Shown here one piece after another: positions 35,339-49,500 of a DNA stretch of 64,000 nt. The DNA is from Bispira polyomma (Eukaryota), in assembly GCA_965649765.1 (NCBI GenBank), contig OZ287758.1, positions 20,832,001 to 20,896,000 on the forward strand. Direction: 5' to 3'. The notes below the pieces were generated by a model, which saw only the letters and a list, made by a program, of their open reading frames with translations, was not told the DNA's origin and did no database searches. Positions within the stretch are counted from its first letter, which is position 1; each line of letters starts with the position of its first letter. The position numbers and the translations under genes were made by a program.

Positions 35339-38300
35339 CACAACAGTATTACGTATTCTACAAAGAAACTGTATATAAAAAATGTGTTAGTAGTAGAAAT
35401 CATATACATATAATATGATTTCTTTAACCGCAATCTTTTCTTACTGTGAGTTGTTGGTTAAATAACTATCATCTGCCCACACACCGAGGAACTGTATACA
35501 CATTTCACCCCAATTAAAGTCTTTTTCCCTTTAAGCGTCAAAATATGTCATAGTTACTATGAAAAAATACACTATATATATATCGTGGTTTGTTGTATAA
35601 GCATAATGACTACTTTTTGTAAGTTCTGTTGTTGTAAGCTGTTTTGTAAAATAAGGCAACCATGTTAAACCAAAGAACGTCCAAGTGTGACAATATGTGA
35701 CAAATGTTATATAGGAAGTGCTTTCTTGTTCTGAACCAGTGGACTGGAAGAACTGCCGGAAATGGGAAGCTCTATCGGCAGACAGTATGTACAAAAGCTG
35801 AATCATGGCATGAAGAAACAAAGGCCGAGTGCTGAGAACATTCACTGAACTCATTGTGATAAATAAAAATCTTAGAAGAAGAAGTGATAATTATCTTAAA
35901 GGCTATCTATATTGTGCACAATTTCCTTGCTGGATCATGTGGTACTCGTGAGGGCATTCATAGGCATTCGTTGTTATCCATGCCTTACCGTAGGGACTTG
36001 TTCTATAAATCTATGCTATTCTTGAAGTAATCCATACACTTCTGTATTGCCGTGCTGTAAAGACTAAAATCTCCCACTCCACATACATTCAGCCGAGAAC
36101 ATTTCCTTCAAAGAGAATCCAAAGTCTAATTTTTTAACTGCGCCATTCCAATATAGCCTTACTTTGTTCCTTGGTTAACTGCTAATCCTTTTGTTGACAT
36201 TCTTGCCTGTACTTCCCATATCTATGATTAGGATGATATGTTTGTGCTTTAAGTTTTTACAGGACGAAAGGCTATATTAGATTAGACTGTATAATATTTT
36301 ATCAGTTTTTTGTCGGTCACTGACTTTCAAAATTTGAAATAATATGCAAACTCGTAAACAAGTTTTTTTTCTGTTTTTCAAAATATAAAAAATATATTTT
36401 ACTCCAAACAACAGGCCATAATATAAAAATATAAAAAAAATATTGTTACAGTTGGCAAAAAAAAATTGCCCTTTCTTTGCCAAAAAAATGCTGAACAATA
36501 TGTATATATTCTTTGTAAAACGGGTACTTTAGCCATGCCACAAGATCAATAGATTATTTTGTACAGACATTAGAATATGTGTAGTTATTCCCCTGCCATG
36601 GTTTGTAAAATCCCACTGTTTCACAATATTCCTTTGGGTAAAACAGATCAACAGTTTTGCTTGGCCTTGTGCAGGGTTAGCCGTTCAATAATGTCCAAGG
36701 AAAAGGTCAAAACAGAAATCAATCCCGCCCTGACAGACCTCAACAAGAAGGGACTTTCTAATGCCATTTGATCCTACCAAAAAAGATCCAGCCTCAATCA
36801 CATAGAGTGATATAGGCTATGTTTGTTTTATTTACTAACAATAATCTATGGCATGTTGACATTTGTGCATCGTAAACCTTAATGCCAGGGAAAGCACCAT
36901 GTGTGTCCACGAATAGTTTGTGCTGTACATATAATGGACTGACAAGGCCTAGTTTTAAATGGAATATGTCAAAAATAACCTTGCACATGGCAGTTGGTAA
37001 AACATCCTTGATAGTGTGAAGCCTCTATTTAACATGGACCTCATTAATAGAAGAATTGTAACTGTTATGCGTTGGTGGCCAAAACTGCTTATATGTCTAT
37101 ATTGCACACTTTCTCTCCCTTTCTTAAATTTAGTAGCTTCCCTTTTCCTTAGTTCGTCACTCCATACCACTCTGTTATACTTACTAATTACCTTTTACTT
37201 TGATTCACCTTCATTACCCTTATCCATCTGGCTTTATCTGTGGTTAATATTACTTTATTCCCTTAAATACTCACCTTTACCTTTACTTTGGTTCAATGCC
37301 ATATTCCCCTCCTTTAAATCATCCTAACTTACTTCACCTTAAATTGAAAATCTTAACTGTATGTGGAGAAAGCTACTATTGTTAAAACTTATACAACATA
37401 TCCATGAAGAGATTTTAGTGGATTAATTACAGAAAATAACCACAATAGCACAGAAATAGGACTCCTAGATGTAAGTATTGACATCTGGTATAAATTATTA
37501 TATAGATAGGGGGATATGTAGCATGCAATGTTTCTCAACAAGGAATGAATGGTACCAGAGACAATATTATCATCATTGTATTTGTATTTGCTGATAATGT
37601 AACAGGTTGTACGGTTACATCCTTAAAAAGTGCAGCAGTTATTTTTTTTACTGATCATGTGACTTTGTCTGAGCCAATGATACTCGTGCATCTTACGCAT
37701 GTATGTACACCCACTGAAAACTGTATAAAGTATACGAGGGACTAATTAGGCATGACATCACTGATATAGCAACCATTTCTTAAAGGCAAATGTGGGTTAG
37801 TGAGTATGATTACTATTCTTAAGGCACTTCCATTTTATAGCCCCCAGTTCCATTATTATAGTTATATCTATATGGGTGTAATAAGCATTGTATAGAACCC
37901 ATCATAAAATCTTTAAGCAGCTGCCCGGCACCATCGGAGACCAATTCGGCGTTAGAAAATGTTTTTGTTTAAAGCTTCTGCTTTAAGTTTAATCATTTAG
38001 AATGTAAAATATTTTGTATGTATAGGTTAGGGTCCTATGTTCTCTCTTTGTAAATAGAGTACAGCTGTCGAGGTGGTTTAGATTTAAATTACAACCTAAC
38101 AGTTATACACATATATATACATCTTCTCTTCCAATCATTCGATGATATGGATAAGTGAGTATCCTTTGGAAAAAGGTCACTGTTTTCAATGCTAAAGTCA
38201 CCTAGCTGGGATTAAATTACAATTTAACTATGTTATGCCATATGTATGGATAATATTTGCTCTGCTCGTCACACACCAGTGAAATCAGGAATTCAGAAAT

Positions 38301-39959
38301 TGATTAAGGTAGAGAAACCAGCTTCAACGTATTTTTTTTAAATTTCCACTCATTAAATTCTATTAACCCTGTCCCAGGAAGGTTGTATCTAGTCTAAATC
38401 TAATCTAAAAGAAACTAAGTTTTGGGCAATTTGTGGCATCCTACATAATCTCATTTTCTTCAATAAAATCTAATAATACATGTGTACTGAGGGAGAATAA
38501 AGCATCACTATGAGTATGGAGACACAGTTTGACAACATTAACACAATTTATTTCAACATAATTAACTATCTGTGAATTACTCTCATCTTAACATAAACCA
38601 TTTATTTATTTTGTCCATGTGAATGTGCTGGCTGTCATATAGCGCAAACCTGAAAGAAGCAAACACCTTTAATAGAACAACATTAAGTTCAGTTTTGCAC
38701 TTTTCTTACCCAAACGGACAGGTGATCTTTTTTTAGGCAAGTTTCCAATGTAATGACGACTGTTTAAATGGTGAGCTGTTTCTATCTGGGTGAGTTTCTA
38801 TCACCTCCTCCCACACACACATCACAAGTCAAATCATTACACCCCATTACTTCTCAATTTGCTTCTATTTGAGTAAATATGAAGGTTGTCTGAAAACTAT
38901 CTTCTGTATGAGAGACATACCCAACACTCACTATTTGCATATTGACAAGTTTTCCTTGATTTCCACATTGACTCCTTCAAAATACAACCTTCATGTCAAA
39001 CCCATCTAATGAACCAGAAAATTGCTTCAATGAGTTGTTTTTCCTTCTGCACAAATAATTTAGAATGAATTTTTTTTTGTTGTAGTTTTGCTGTCAAGGA
39101 TGACTTTTCGTTCTCGATACAATCTCACGAAATAAAGCTTGGGACGAATTATGAACAAGATTCTGAGATACATGTAAACTAAGGGTAGAAGATTTGTGTT
39201 TATGAGAATTTATGTTGTTGTGGTTTGACTTTCTTTCATCTTTGAACATGCACACCACTCAGCTGGTGTACCTGGTGCACTAACTGCTACATTTTAACAA
39301 GTACATCCTATGTTTACACTTTCACACCCCACTAGCTGTATTTAATCCTGCGTCAAAGGGCCATCTTAACCTATAAAGTCTATCAGTGAGTATCAATCTT
39401 GCCCAGGGTTTTGAAGCTGACTGTTAATTAAATCTCCGAGCCAAGGCCACAGCTGTGTAGTGGTGACTTACGGGAGTCGCATTGTGTGCGGCCTCAGTAT
39501 GGGAGTATTTCACAGGGCCTCAATTTCAACAGAGAAAACCCCCAACAAACTGTGTACAAAAACATCTATTTTAAATGAGATGCCACTAAAGTAGATGGAT
39601 GAGCTTGTTATCTAAAAAACACTTAAAATTTAAACACGTGATCATTTTCAAGGCAAGAATCAATCACATTGCTAGTAGTGTCTTTGGAAGATTTTAAACG
39701 GACATGGTTGTATGGAAATCTTGTTAAACTTGGCAGGAAAAGGTGATAAAAATATTCCTTTCAAGGCAACAACATGCCAAATTGCATTTTTGTTTTATTT
39801 CATACTTTCCCTTCTTTCTTGTCAAAACAAGAGCCATGATTTCATTACCAAAAAGTCTGGCTTGTTAATAAAGAGAATTAGGAAATGAGTGATCAAATTG
39901 TTTTGTACTTTAGCATACACCAAACACAATTACATATGAAATACACTGAGAAGATTGCA

Positions 39960-40270
39960 TATACAAACAACAAGTATATTAACAACTAATTTCCCACATG
40001 ATGCTCCTAAGCTGTGGAATAATCTGCATCATGATATTCGCACTGCCTTGTTCCCTTCCCTCTTTCGAAAGAAGCTCGAAACCTCCTGTTTAGCAAGGCT
40101 TTTCCTTCGTAGCCTCAATCTCCTTGCCGTTTTCGACATCTCTACTATCATTATCCCTGTATGTCCAACAGCTATATTAAAAATTATGAAAATGATTTTT
40201 CTGTCTCATGGGCCTTGTAATCTGCTAGGACAGAGATAAACGCTATCAAAATTTAGATTAGATCAGAATT
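39960..40270 (+). mobile_element. Old L2-type LINE 3' fragment
   Basis: DAPKLWNNLHHDIRTA..FRKKLET aligns with DAPIVWNALPDVIHAS..FRKQLKT of the 7661-8595 LINE. The 3' end gataaacgctatcaaaatttagattaga is also similar. Confidence 0.7.
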
Positions 40271-40770
40271 ATAGCACAAAGAAAATAGATACAATTCTTG
40301 ATATTTGATGATGAATTGAACCTACTGCATATGACATTAGCTAAACTGTTCATTTATACATCCTTATTTAATGTGCATTAACACAGTTTTATCAGTTAAG
40401 TTAGCCGGGCATGGCAGATGTGTTCTATATATGTCATTTTAGGCAATTGCATTAATTCCAAAATCAGACTTAACAAATACTGCAACTGTAAAAATCACAC
40501 TGTAAATCTAACCCTCACTACAGGTGTTAACCTAATGTATTTCTTGTTTGCCCCATTCAGTGAGCTAAGTGATTTACACTGCAGACCCACTGATATTCCC
40601 ACTTCACATTCGTTTCCTTTATTTCAGTGACTGCTATGCTGCTGAGCATTTAACATGTACAACATATCTACCTCCTGCGTCTCACCACCATCACGGTTCA
40701 AAATCATGGTTTGGTACAGTGTTGAAACTCTGACAAGCCAGCATTATGTAGAGGTTCTGTTGCCGTTCTA

Positions 40771-40955
40771 GGGACTTTGGTGGCTTAGTGTTAAAAGTGT
40801 CTGCATTAAAATCGATGGCCTCTCACCTCTGGAAATCGAATCCCACATATTCATTGTTCATGTGACTAAGGTACTAGCCGTAGGTCAGTGGTTTACAGTG
40901 GCTTTAGTACTGGTTTTGGACTTATATTGACCAGTGACAAACTTGACCATATAAA
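40771..40955 (+). mobile_element. Degenerate tRNA-derived SINE
   Basis: ggtggcttagtgtta (A box-like), tggcctctcacctctgg, tcgaatccc (B box-like). Resembles the head of the 4328 family. Confidence 0.55.
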
Positions 40956-42483
40956 CTGTAGCACAAGTATAGGGAGAGGGAGGGCGAAAAAGGTGTACTC
41001 CACAACAGTTACACTTGTATATATAAACTTGTTTTGTATACCATATATTTTATGACCCTTTTTACATCAGATTTGGCCTAGCCTAGATTTCATCTCTCAT
41101 GAGAATATCCAGCCTCGAGAGCTCTATCTAAAAGACTGGGTTACATGTCTTTACATGTATGGTATTTACACGTGATTTGTACATATAGACTTCACTGGAG
41201 GTAGAGCTTTGGGTTTCTCTGGAAAATGCAGTTTTTAGACTAGTTACCATCTATTAAAGGTCAATTACTATTCAAACCCAACATTTCTGGCTGGAGTAAA
41301 GTTATGCCACATCTGAATGTTTATTTAAATTCAGCATTGAAAGCTCTATCTAAATGAATGGTCACAAGTATAGTTTATATCCATCTACAGGGAGTGGTAT
41401 ACATAGACTTCACTTGAGTTAAGTCTGAGTTTAAACTTAAGTGTTTTCGTTGGTAAATACAGTCCACCTACCAGTCTCACAGTACCACTAACATATCCAT
41501 TGTCTTTTCCCACACACAAAAAAATCCTGATACAGAAAACCACATCCCAGCTTTGTGAACCTCTGTACTTTGGGTGAAGTATTAGACCTGAGCCCTTGGC
41601 CATCAAATATACTAATTTAAACTCATACTTAAACTGAAATACCACATCCTTGTTAATGGGAAGGAAGGAGACATGCTTACCATTGATGTTAATAGAGCTT
41701 TCAGTGTGAGGAACTCAAATATATACACAGTGCGGATTTAGATGCGTGTATTGTGCAGAAAGAGATGTCAGGGCATATTTAAAGATTCAGGTCAGGTTTA
41801 AAACCTGTGTGATAAATACAGGCGCTAGTAGGCTTCCCTTTCAGACCAGAGAGTAGTCCAAAGAGCTCTGATCTTCTACAGTACAATACTAAGGGAGCTG
41901 TGTGATTACTGTTAATAGCTGCTCAAGGAGTAATTCAAATATGACGTCAGAGGCAGACTGGTTTTTGGATACAGGAGACACAATTGTAAAGAAATATCTC
42001 ACGAATTGAGTTGCTTTTTGTTCTGTTACAACAGGCAATACAAAAAAAGGTGCACTATTGTGTTCATAACTGAAATATAAGTGAGATCCCCCAAATGAAT
42101 AAACACACAGACCGTTGACATCCCCAGACAACTGCTGTGTGTGTGTATATATATATATATATACAGTGGTAAATAATCTTCAACATAAACAAGCATTGCA
42201 GCCTGCTCTTTTAGTTCTCTGATAGTTATGTGTATAATACATCGAAAGGATAAGAAGAAAAACTGCAAAAACACAGAGTGTATAATAGTATAGAGAGATA
42301 TACCTTAAGGCCTACTTGCTAGTATGTGGTGTACTGACTGTATATAAACAATACGCATGTGTTTTCTCACAATAGGCAACCCACACATCTTGTACATCTG
42401 ATTACCAGCATTTAGCTCAACTTCAGCATGTTAATACCTCATTGAGGATCACATCACTTCAGTGACTGTTGCTTCCATATGTG

Positions 42484-42722
42484 TACCTCCGCCAGGAAGG
42501 TTATGTTTACTACCTAAGTAGTGTCTATTCCTTAGTTTGTCACTAACATGACAGCAAGACACCCCAAACCTCTGAACCCAGGAACATGAAAGTTAGGGGT
42601 GCATAAGACACGGGACGAGGAAGAATCTATTACATTTTTATAGTCCAGGAATCTTTGAAAACATTCTTGGTAATGTGGCGCCCTTGTGGAGGTATCAACT
42701 CAAAGGACAACCCCTTTTTAGT
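42484..42722 (+). mobile_element. HINE/DINE-1-like (Helentron-associated) non-autonomous element
   Basis: 5' tacctccgccaggaaggttatgttt and 3' subterminal inverted repeat tgtggaggta. A second copy with the same head is at 60452. Confidence 0.5.
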
Positions 42723-42947
42723 ATTATATGAGTTACTCTTAATAAATTAAGGTGATAAAGTCTTTTGAATGCAGTTATTTCCAAGATACACATCTTTTAT
42801 TTGTTTTCATGATGTAGTACCTATAACTTCATCTGTAGTTGAAAATATCAGTGTGAATGAAAATGCACAAATAATGTTTTGAGTAGTCTTTTATGAAACA
42901 AATTTTTGGATAATAATAACTTGGTATATGGTTATTAAACCATTTGT

Positions 42948-43127
42948 ATACATGATCTAATAAGTGCCTACACATGTCTAATAAGTGCCTATACATGTCT
43001 AATAAGTGCCTATACGTGTCTAATAAGTGCCTATACATGATCTAATAAGTGCCTATATGTGTCTAATAAGTGCCTATACATGTCTAATAAGTGCCTATAC
43101 GTGTCTAATAAGTACCTATGCGTGTGA
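42948..43127. repeat. 21-bp minisatellite (TCTAATAAGTGCCTATACATG), about 8 copies
   Basis: Direct reading. It explains the repetitive ORF 42829-43038; an isolated partial unit lies near 43271. Confidence 0.95.
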
Positions 43128-43574
43128 CACGTATTAGCTAAATTTATCTACAGTTAGTTAAAATCGAAAGTATCAGTGGGAAATAAAATTCGTAATTATG
43201 GTCATTATTTTTTTTCTTTTGACAAAAAACCTTCTTGCTAATCTAGTGGAAAGCACTTGTTATAAGGCTGTAAGTGCCTATACATGTAACATGAGTGAGT
43301 GTCTGTTACACCAAGCATTAAGTGACTTATGCACTACATACCTGTGAGATTGATGGTTGTTGGAGATCATTAAAAAGACAATGGGTTATAGCCAGCTTTT
43401 AGTGATCTCCCATAAACCACACTCAATGCTGCCACACATTGCATTGGTACAGTACTGACAATAACTGTGGTCTGTCATTGTGAGAAGGTAAAAAGCCCTT
43501 TGTCATTTGCAAAAACGCATTACTATAAATGAATCAGAGTGTAACAACAAAAAAGTGGTGAGCATTGTTATTTC

Positions 43575-43790
43575 TAATCAAATTGTACGTTATAAGACAC
43601 AGTATTTTGTGTCATATCATGAGGGGCAGCTTATTGATTGAGGAGATCAGAACAGAGGAGTTGGTCAAGGTTTTCTGCTCCACAAACCCACTGTCCTTTA
43701 TCAAGGCTACTGTCAACTTTCCCACATGAGCTCCAGGGCCGAGATTGAACTCGTGAATGCGGAGGTGGGAGACGAGTGTGTTAAATGCAG
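43575..43790 (-). mobile_element. Degenerate SINE related to the 4328 family
   Basis: Minus strand has gagttcaatctc (B box-like), atgtgggaaag and gcagaaaaccttgaccaact, matching the body of the full-length copies. Confidence 0.6.
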
Positions 43791-46454
43791 TATTTGTGAT
43801 GAAAGCCACAAATCCTAAAGAAGCTTTCAAAACTACAGAGTATACACTTAACATGTACATCTACAGTATATTCTGGATAAACAAACCTCTGTTTATCTGA
43901 AAATCTGAATTATCTCATCCGAACTGACATTTTTTATATTTAATTCAACTATCGAACGCAAATGTACTCGATCTATTGAATATTTCACCATCCATTTCAC
44001 CACAACAATAAATTATTTGTTCGTCATAACAGAATATGCAAATATAATTGAGTTGTAGTTAAAAGAAATATCCCCGATTTTTGTCTGGTTATACACTCAA
44101 ATAAGAGAGTGAAGCCTAAACTTCTTGCTTATCCGAACTAAACCCATGTGACATGTGATGTATATGTCATCTGAACAAAACATGCCATTCTATACTTAGT
44201 ATCTTTTATAAGTAATTAGTATTAATTATTCATATACCTGTATAGAAAATGTTCCATCTTGCCTGGCATTACCATAATACAGTGAATCCATTTAGTATAG
44301 AAGTTTACATGACAGTTTTGATGATATTTATTAGAAGATGCAATGTCTTTCTTTTCTAAAGCCTCTATACCAGCATGATGCCTACATACTGTTTTCACAA
44401 TACTCTACATGACAGAGCTTGCATGACATTAAGTTAAAACAAATGAGCAACAATGGAAAACATGCCACTCAAAATGCAACTGTCTATTGATAGAGTAAAC
44501 GGCTATTTCTATTGAAACCCATTAGAAGAGACATTTATAACAATGATGGTCCATTGGAGAATAATTGGGTACATTTTTGTTGGGAGAAAAAGGCACTGCA
44601 AGACATGAAATTGGCTGTCATTGTTTAATTTAGTAAGAGGGAGTCTGACGGCAATATATGGTAGGGGGAGGGGACCATTTGATATCTGGATGGGGTACAT
44701 TTCCACTATAAAATATTGAAGGTTAAAATGCAACAGTCAGATTAAAACTGACGAGAATATATCTTTAATGTATGAGTGTTTTGTTCGGTGTTTGGCTGGT
44801 TGAGAGGTTGTTCGAATGGCTGTCTGATTGCTCTATAGAGAGAATTGTCTGCTGATATTTCAATCTCTCTGAAGTGAGTGAGATATGTTGCTGATTTAAC
44901 TGTAACTTGTCCTTTCATTTTCTCATATGGCAGAATGATAACAATTACATATATGGATAGCAACAGTGAATATTGGACACTAAACAAATGTTTTTTCCCC
45001 ACAATATGCAATAACAATACCAATTTTTGTTGAACAGCTCACTTTCTACCTAAACATTTGGCACCTAACTTGTATATTTTAAGGTAGACTTAGTTGAGGG
45101 GCCAGCCACATTTATTTACATATAACAAGTCAGCCTTTTTTGGTCTGATGAAGAGAGTACAGACCCCACTAATCTTCGCCCTGCTCCCCAATCAGGTCTG
45201 ATTCAAACCAGACATGCTATAGCTCACTCAAGTAGCCATAAGGAATATTAACACACACTCTGGCACACAAATAAAGCTGATTTACAGCTGTCCACCCTGC
45301 ATGTTGATATGTGGCATTAAATGTCGTCTGCATATTTAACATTTTGGAATCTGCTATGTAGCAACAGCCAGCCAAAACTATGCATAGATGAACATTTTTG
45401 TATCCAGTATGACCCCGCTTGAAATAATTTTAAGTGATCATTCATGTTTGCCCAATTGCCTATATGTGTAGTTAAATATTGATCAGAGATCAATGGACTG
45501 ACTGTATGTTGTAGCACTGTTCTTTTTCATATTTTACCAATACTGTAAAAGGTAGCAAACTGTTTATTATATAAAAATAATTCTAATTTCCAATGCTGCA
45601 TTTCTCTCAATATTATTAAGGAAAGTAATAGATTGGTGTCTTAAGTATGGCTGGTGGTACTGATCTTATTATGACTTGGTATTTCCATCACAGATAAATA
45701 GATGTCTTGTCTATATTTACTCACAAGAAATAGCCAACCACGAATGAATCTAGCAAACACAAGTAAAATAACGAAGTATATGCTGCAGTATTCTAGTTTT
45801 TGCCGAAGCCATTTCCAACATGCCATGTTTGCTTATTGTCAATTATTTGCAACATAAAAAGAGTTATAAACAAACAATGTTTTCAGTGAACCTGACTCTG
45901 TGCACATGTTTCTATATGACAACCTGGGTCCATATATTATCACAGGCTTCCAGCTTAAACTCACCATCTTCTCCAATTATGTCCTGCTGTATCGTTGTGT
46001 ACAAAATAGATCTAAATCTGGGATGCACATTTAAATTACTTGCTGGAAGCTCTATTAAAATGAATAGTCAGTAGCGTAATATTCATCAATTAGATAATGT
46101 ACATATGTAGCATTTGAGTTTAAGATGTTTGTTAAATACGGGCCAAGGTTTACATTTTGTCTCATTTGCAAGCAATGACCTCACCCACACCACCCCTTGT
46201 CATCCAGGGAGCCGCTCTCCCCTCAACAGACCCTGGGGACAGAATTAGTGGGGTGGGGCGATGTCAGATGACAAGTTTGGTACAAGACAAGGTCAGGGTA
46301 AACAAGGGGGAGAGGTGATACAAACCTGTCAGTACCAGTGTGCCAAAGTTCACAGCCAAGTCCTGGATGTAGGCTCCCTCACTACCAGAGCTGTACATGA
46401 TGTACAAATATGTTGATAGACTGTAAATAAGATGTAAAGTGATGTCGACGTTTT

Positions 46455-46575
46455 CTCCTGTGGCCTAGTGGTTAGGGATTTGGTCCCTGGCTCAACTCCC
46501 GGCTTCTGACTTGGTTTGGTGATCAGACATTCTCCGGTTCGACTCCTGGTCTGTTAGACTCTTAGTAACACCACA
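46455..46575 (+). mobile_element. tRNA-like SINE head fragment with an internal partial duplication
   Basis: tggcctagtggttaggg (A box), ggtgatcaga, ggttcgactcc (B box). Confidence 0.55.
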
Positions 46576-49500
46576 ATGGTCACAGGAGGATAACATCCCA
46601 CGATAATATAACAACATGCAATCGCCTACTAATAAAGATATGTTGGCTATGTACTAGCATTATGATTAATGGTGTATTCATTCTGATGTTGTGCTTTAGA
46701 AAATCTCTGGCATCAATAAGGCATGTTAAAATACAATACAAAAAAAAAAAAAAAAAAATACAATTGTATATGCTACAACAAGGAAAGCTTCTAGTTGATA
46801 TTGTTACCCAATAATAGCATTCAAACACACATAAGGCAAACTCTTATGCAAAATAAATGTACAGGTTTAAAAATAGCAACACCAGTTAAGCCCTCTTTTC
46901 CCAGACAGTCCATTTCTCAGAAGACTACTTCAAATGGTAAACAAGTTGTTTCAATTTTCTTTTCACAAATAAGTAAGATAAGCACAATACCTCAGACCTT
47001 GGCCACTCAATACACTAAAGTGAAAATAGCCACTTTGGGAAAAAGACAAACATATAACGTTTTGTATTTCCATGACTACTTTACCTCAGCTATGTCTATG
47101 TTTATAAAGTGATCTTAGCTTGTTTTTTTGGCAAAATATGCTTCTTCAATAACAAAACTGCAATCCACCATTCTACTGCTGGGTGTATATTAAAATACTC
47201 ATACCATACCAGGCACCTAAGTAGTAGTTTAAGTATTAGCCTTTAAAACATAAAGGGGAGAATCTCCCTCCTGAAAATGTCATCTGAAGGTGGGATCTGG
47301 CCGTCACACAGTGGGTCCAGTCCATATTTCACTAGTTTTCCAAAGGATGTTTTTGCACATTTTAGTTTGTTCGGGCTCCTCCATACTGAGAATTGTCTTT
47401 CTAGTTTTGCTTAAGCATAACATCATTTAATACGTGTAATCATATTGAACTCTCTAATATAAAGCTACTATATGGTCATATCTCAAAAAGTACTTTAATG
47501 AAATGGCTCATTGAGTGAACCATGTTTAAGGTAGCTGAGGGTGGCCACTAAACTCACACATTTCAAAGAGATATTGTGCAAATTGAGGTGATCATAGGAG
47601 AGAGGCATTATGGGAAATTATGAGTGGATTTTTTGCTGAAATGAATCAGTATTGAAGGCTGTGGGTGAAAAAAATGATAAGGCTATAATGAGATTGACAG
47701 AATGATCAGCAAGAAAGGCTCTCTTTGTAACCCTCTGGCATTTAGACAAGGCCGTAACTCTCTGTTGCCCATACCAGCCAAATCTGGGCTAAATAATGTG
47801 ATGTCATCAGCATCGAGTGTTCATTTTCCTCTGTGACGTCATGTGGTATTTTTATTGTTTTTCACTGAGAGATGGATAAATAAAGAACAGCTTACATTTG
47901 TGGGTATTGATTTGATTAGAGGTTTGGTTCTGGTTGTAGCTATTTATCGATGCCATAGATATAGTGTTTAATGCAAAGATTGTATTTGCTGACGTCATAC
48001 ATGTTTGCATGTTTACAAACAGGGGCTGAGTGAGGTTCATGTGCATTTTAAAATGACAACATTTACAGGTACATTGTACAAAAAAATTGGTACTTGTTAG
48101 GAGATCTAATTAAAGAACTGATAAAAACCTGCATTTTGCACAAACACTTAATTTGCATCAACTCCTTATTGCTTGTGAGTTTTTGTAAATCAAGGGTTTT
48201 CAGACACCTGGCCTCAGTTGGGTATTTTTCTGCCCTGATTCTACAGTACACCTTATTGTCTGGCCATGGTAGCTAATCCTATTTCCTATTTATCTTCCTA
48301 CTAGTGTTGACAGGTACCACGTGATCAGAATAGCCCCCTGCTTTACCAAGATGAAAAACCGTGTATCAAAGACAAGGGTAGCTTTCTTTTTTGTGAAGTA
48401 TTTCCTTAGACTAACACTTAGAATTGGGGATCTTTGACAAATATTAGATTATCACAGCACAACAAAAACCAAGGGGAAAGCTGCAAAGTTGTCCTTAGTC
48501 ACTTAAAATTTGATAAACAAGAAGAATGGGCTTAGTTTATGTTTGGAGTAGGTTTTTTATGACACTAAAATCAACAGCTTCTTCATGTTAAGATGCTGCC
48601 TGTTGGTTTGGACTTATTGCTTGTCTTCTCCAGATCATACTTTAGTGGTTACCCTGTGAACTTTGGCCCTCTTGCTTGAACTGAGTTCTTTAATCAGACA
48701 AACCCTGGATAAACTGGCTTCAGTGTCTGTTTTTTTTTGTTTGTAGGTCCATCTTAAAACTAAAACCCAAAGGACTGACACAGGTTTGGTGGGGCAGACT
48801 ATGTTTAAGAAATGTATGGTGATTGTGAACCCTTTGCTCCAAAGATGGTTTGTTTTCTTATTTCACCATCCATCCCAAGAGAATTCAAACTAAATGTAGT
48901 CAGTTATCTCATTTGCATTTTGTCTGCCTCCCTTGCTACTGACAAAAGAATGAAAATAATAAGCAAGAGACTTTTGCATCAACAGTGTATAAATATAAGT
49001 CATTAAAGAGAAAGTCAAAAAGAAAACCGGCATTACTCAAGGTTGCATAGAACAAAAATCATGACAACTAACCCACATTAATTTCCTGTGATGTTACTTT
49101 ATCTACAGATTCTTATTTCAAATGGATCACAGATGGAAGAAAACATATTTTTGTGGCCATGTTTTGCTGATAAAGACTGTAGCAAAGGGTTTATCAAAGA
49201 ATATCACCCTTCTGTACAACTACAGTCACTTGATCTGTTTGTGACAAATATTTTGTTAGTTAACTTTATTTCTTTACCAAAAAGCTTAGACCCTAAACCA
49301 ATGGTGTAGTTGAATGTAATGGGTACAGGAGGTTCATATTTATCACATCGGGAAGATTCTAAAATCTACTGGACTAGGAGCGGTCATCTTAGATTTTAGT
49401 ATTTGAATACATTTACAAGATCAAACTATTAACACTAAAGCTTAAGAATACAACTGAACTCTAGTGCTGTGATAGGAAATAGGCCTGTGTTAATGTGCCA

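Larger units (their letters stand above)
30200..35340 (+). mobile_element. Near-complete Ngaro/DIRS-like YR retrotransposon, copy 2 (gag, pol RT-RH, YR); inactivated by indels; 5' boundary approximate
   Basis: All four domains are in order on one strand. RH ends in a stop directly before YR with no methyltransferase domain. Structured 3' end at 35031-35338. Confidence 0.93.

Noticed and set aside
35880-37340. Possible degraded LINE coding remnants and a pyrimidine-rich tract (ORF 37016-37327)
   Set aside because: No recognisable motif; the hydrophobic ORF reflects low-complexity TTACY repeats.
41681-41804. Minus-strand exon ending ATG|gtaagc
   Set aside because: Stops in all three frames, and the apparent donor is part of the dispersed 40-bp motif.
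45140-45215. Hammerhead ribozyme (CTGATGA core); also ~50570-50600
   Set aside because: No correctly placed GAAA and flanking stems on the same strand.
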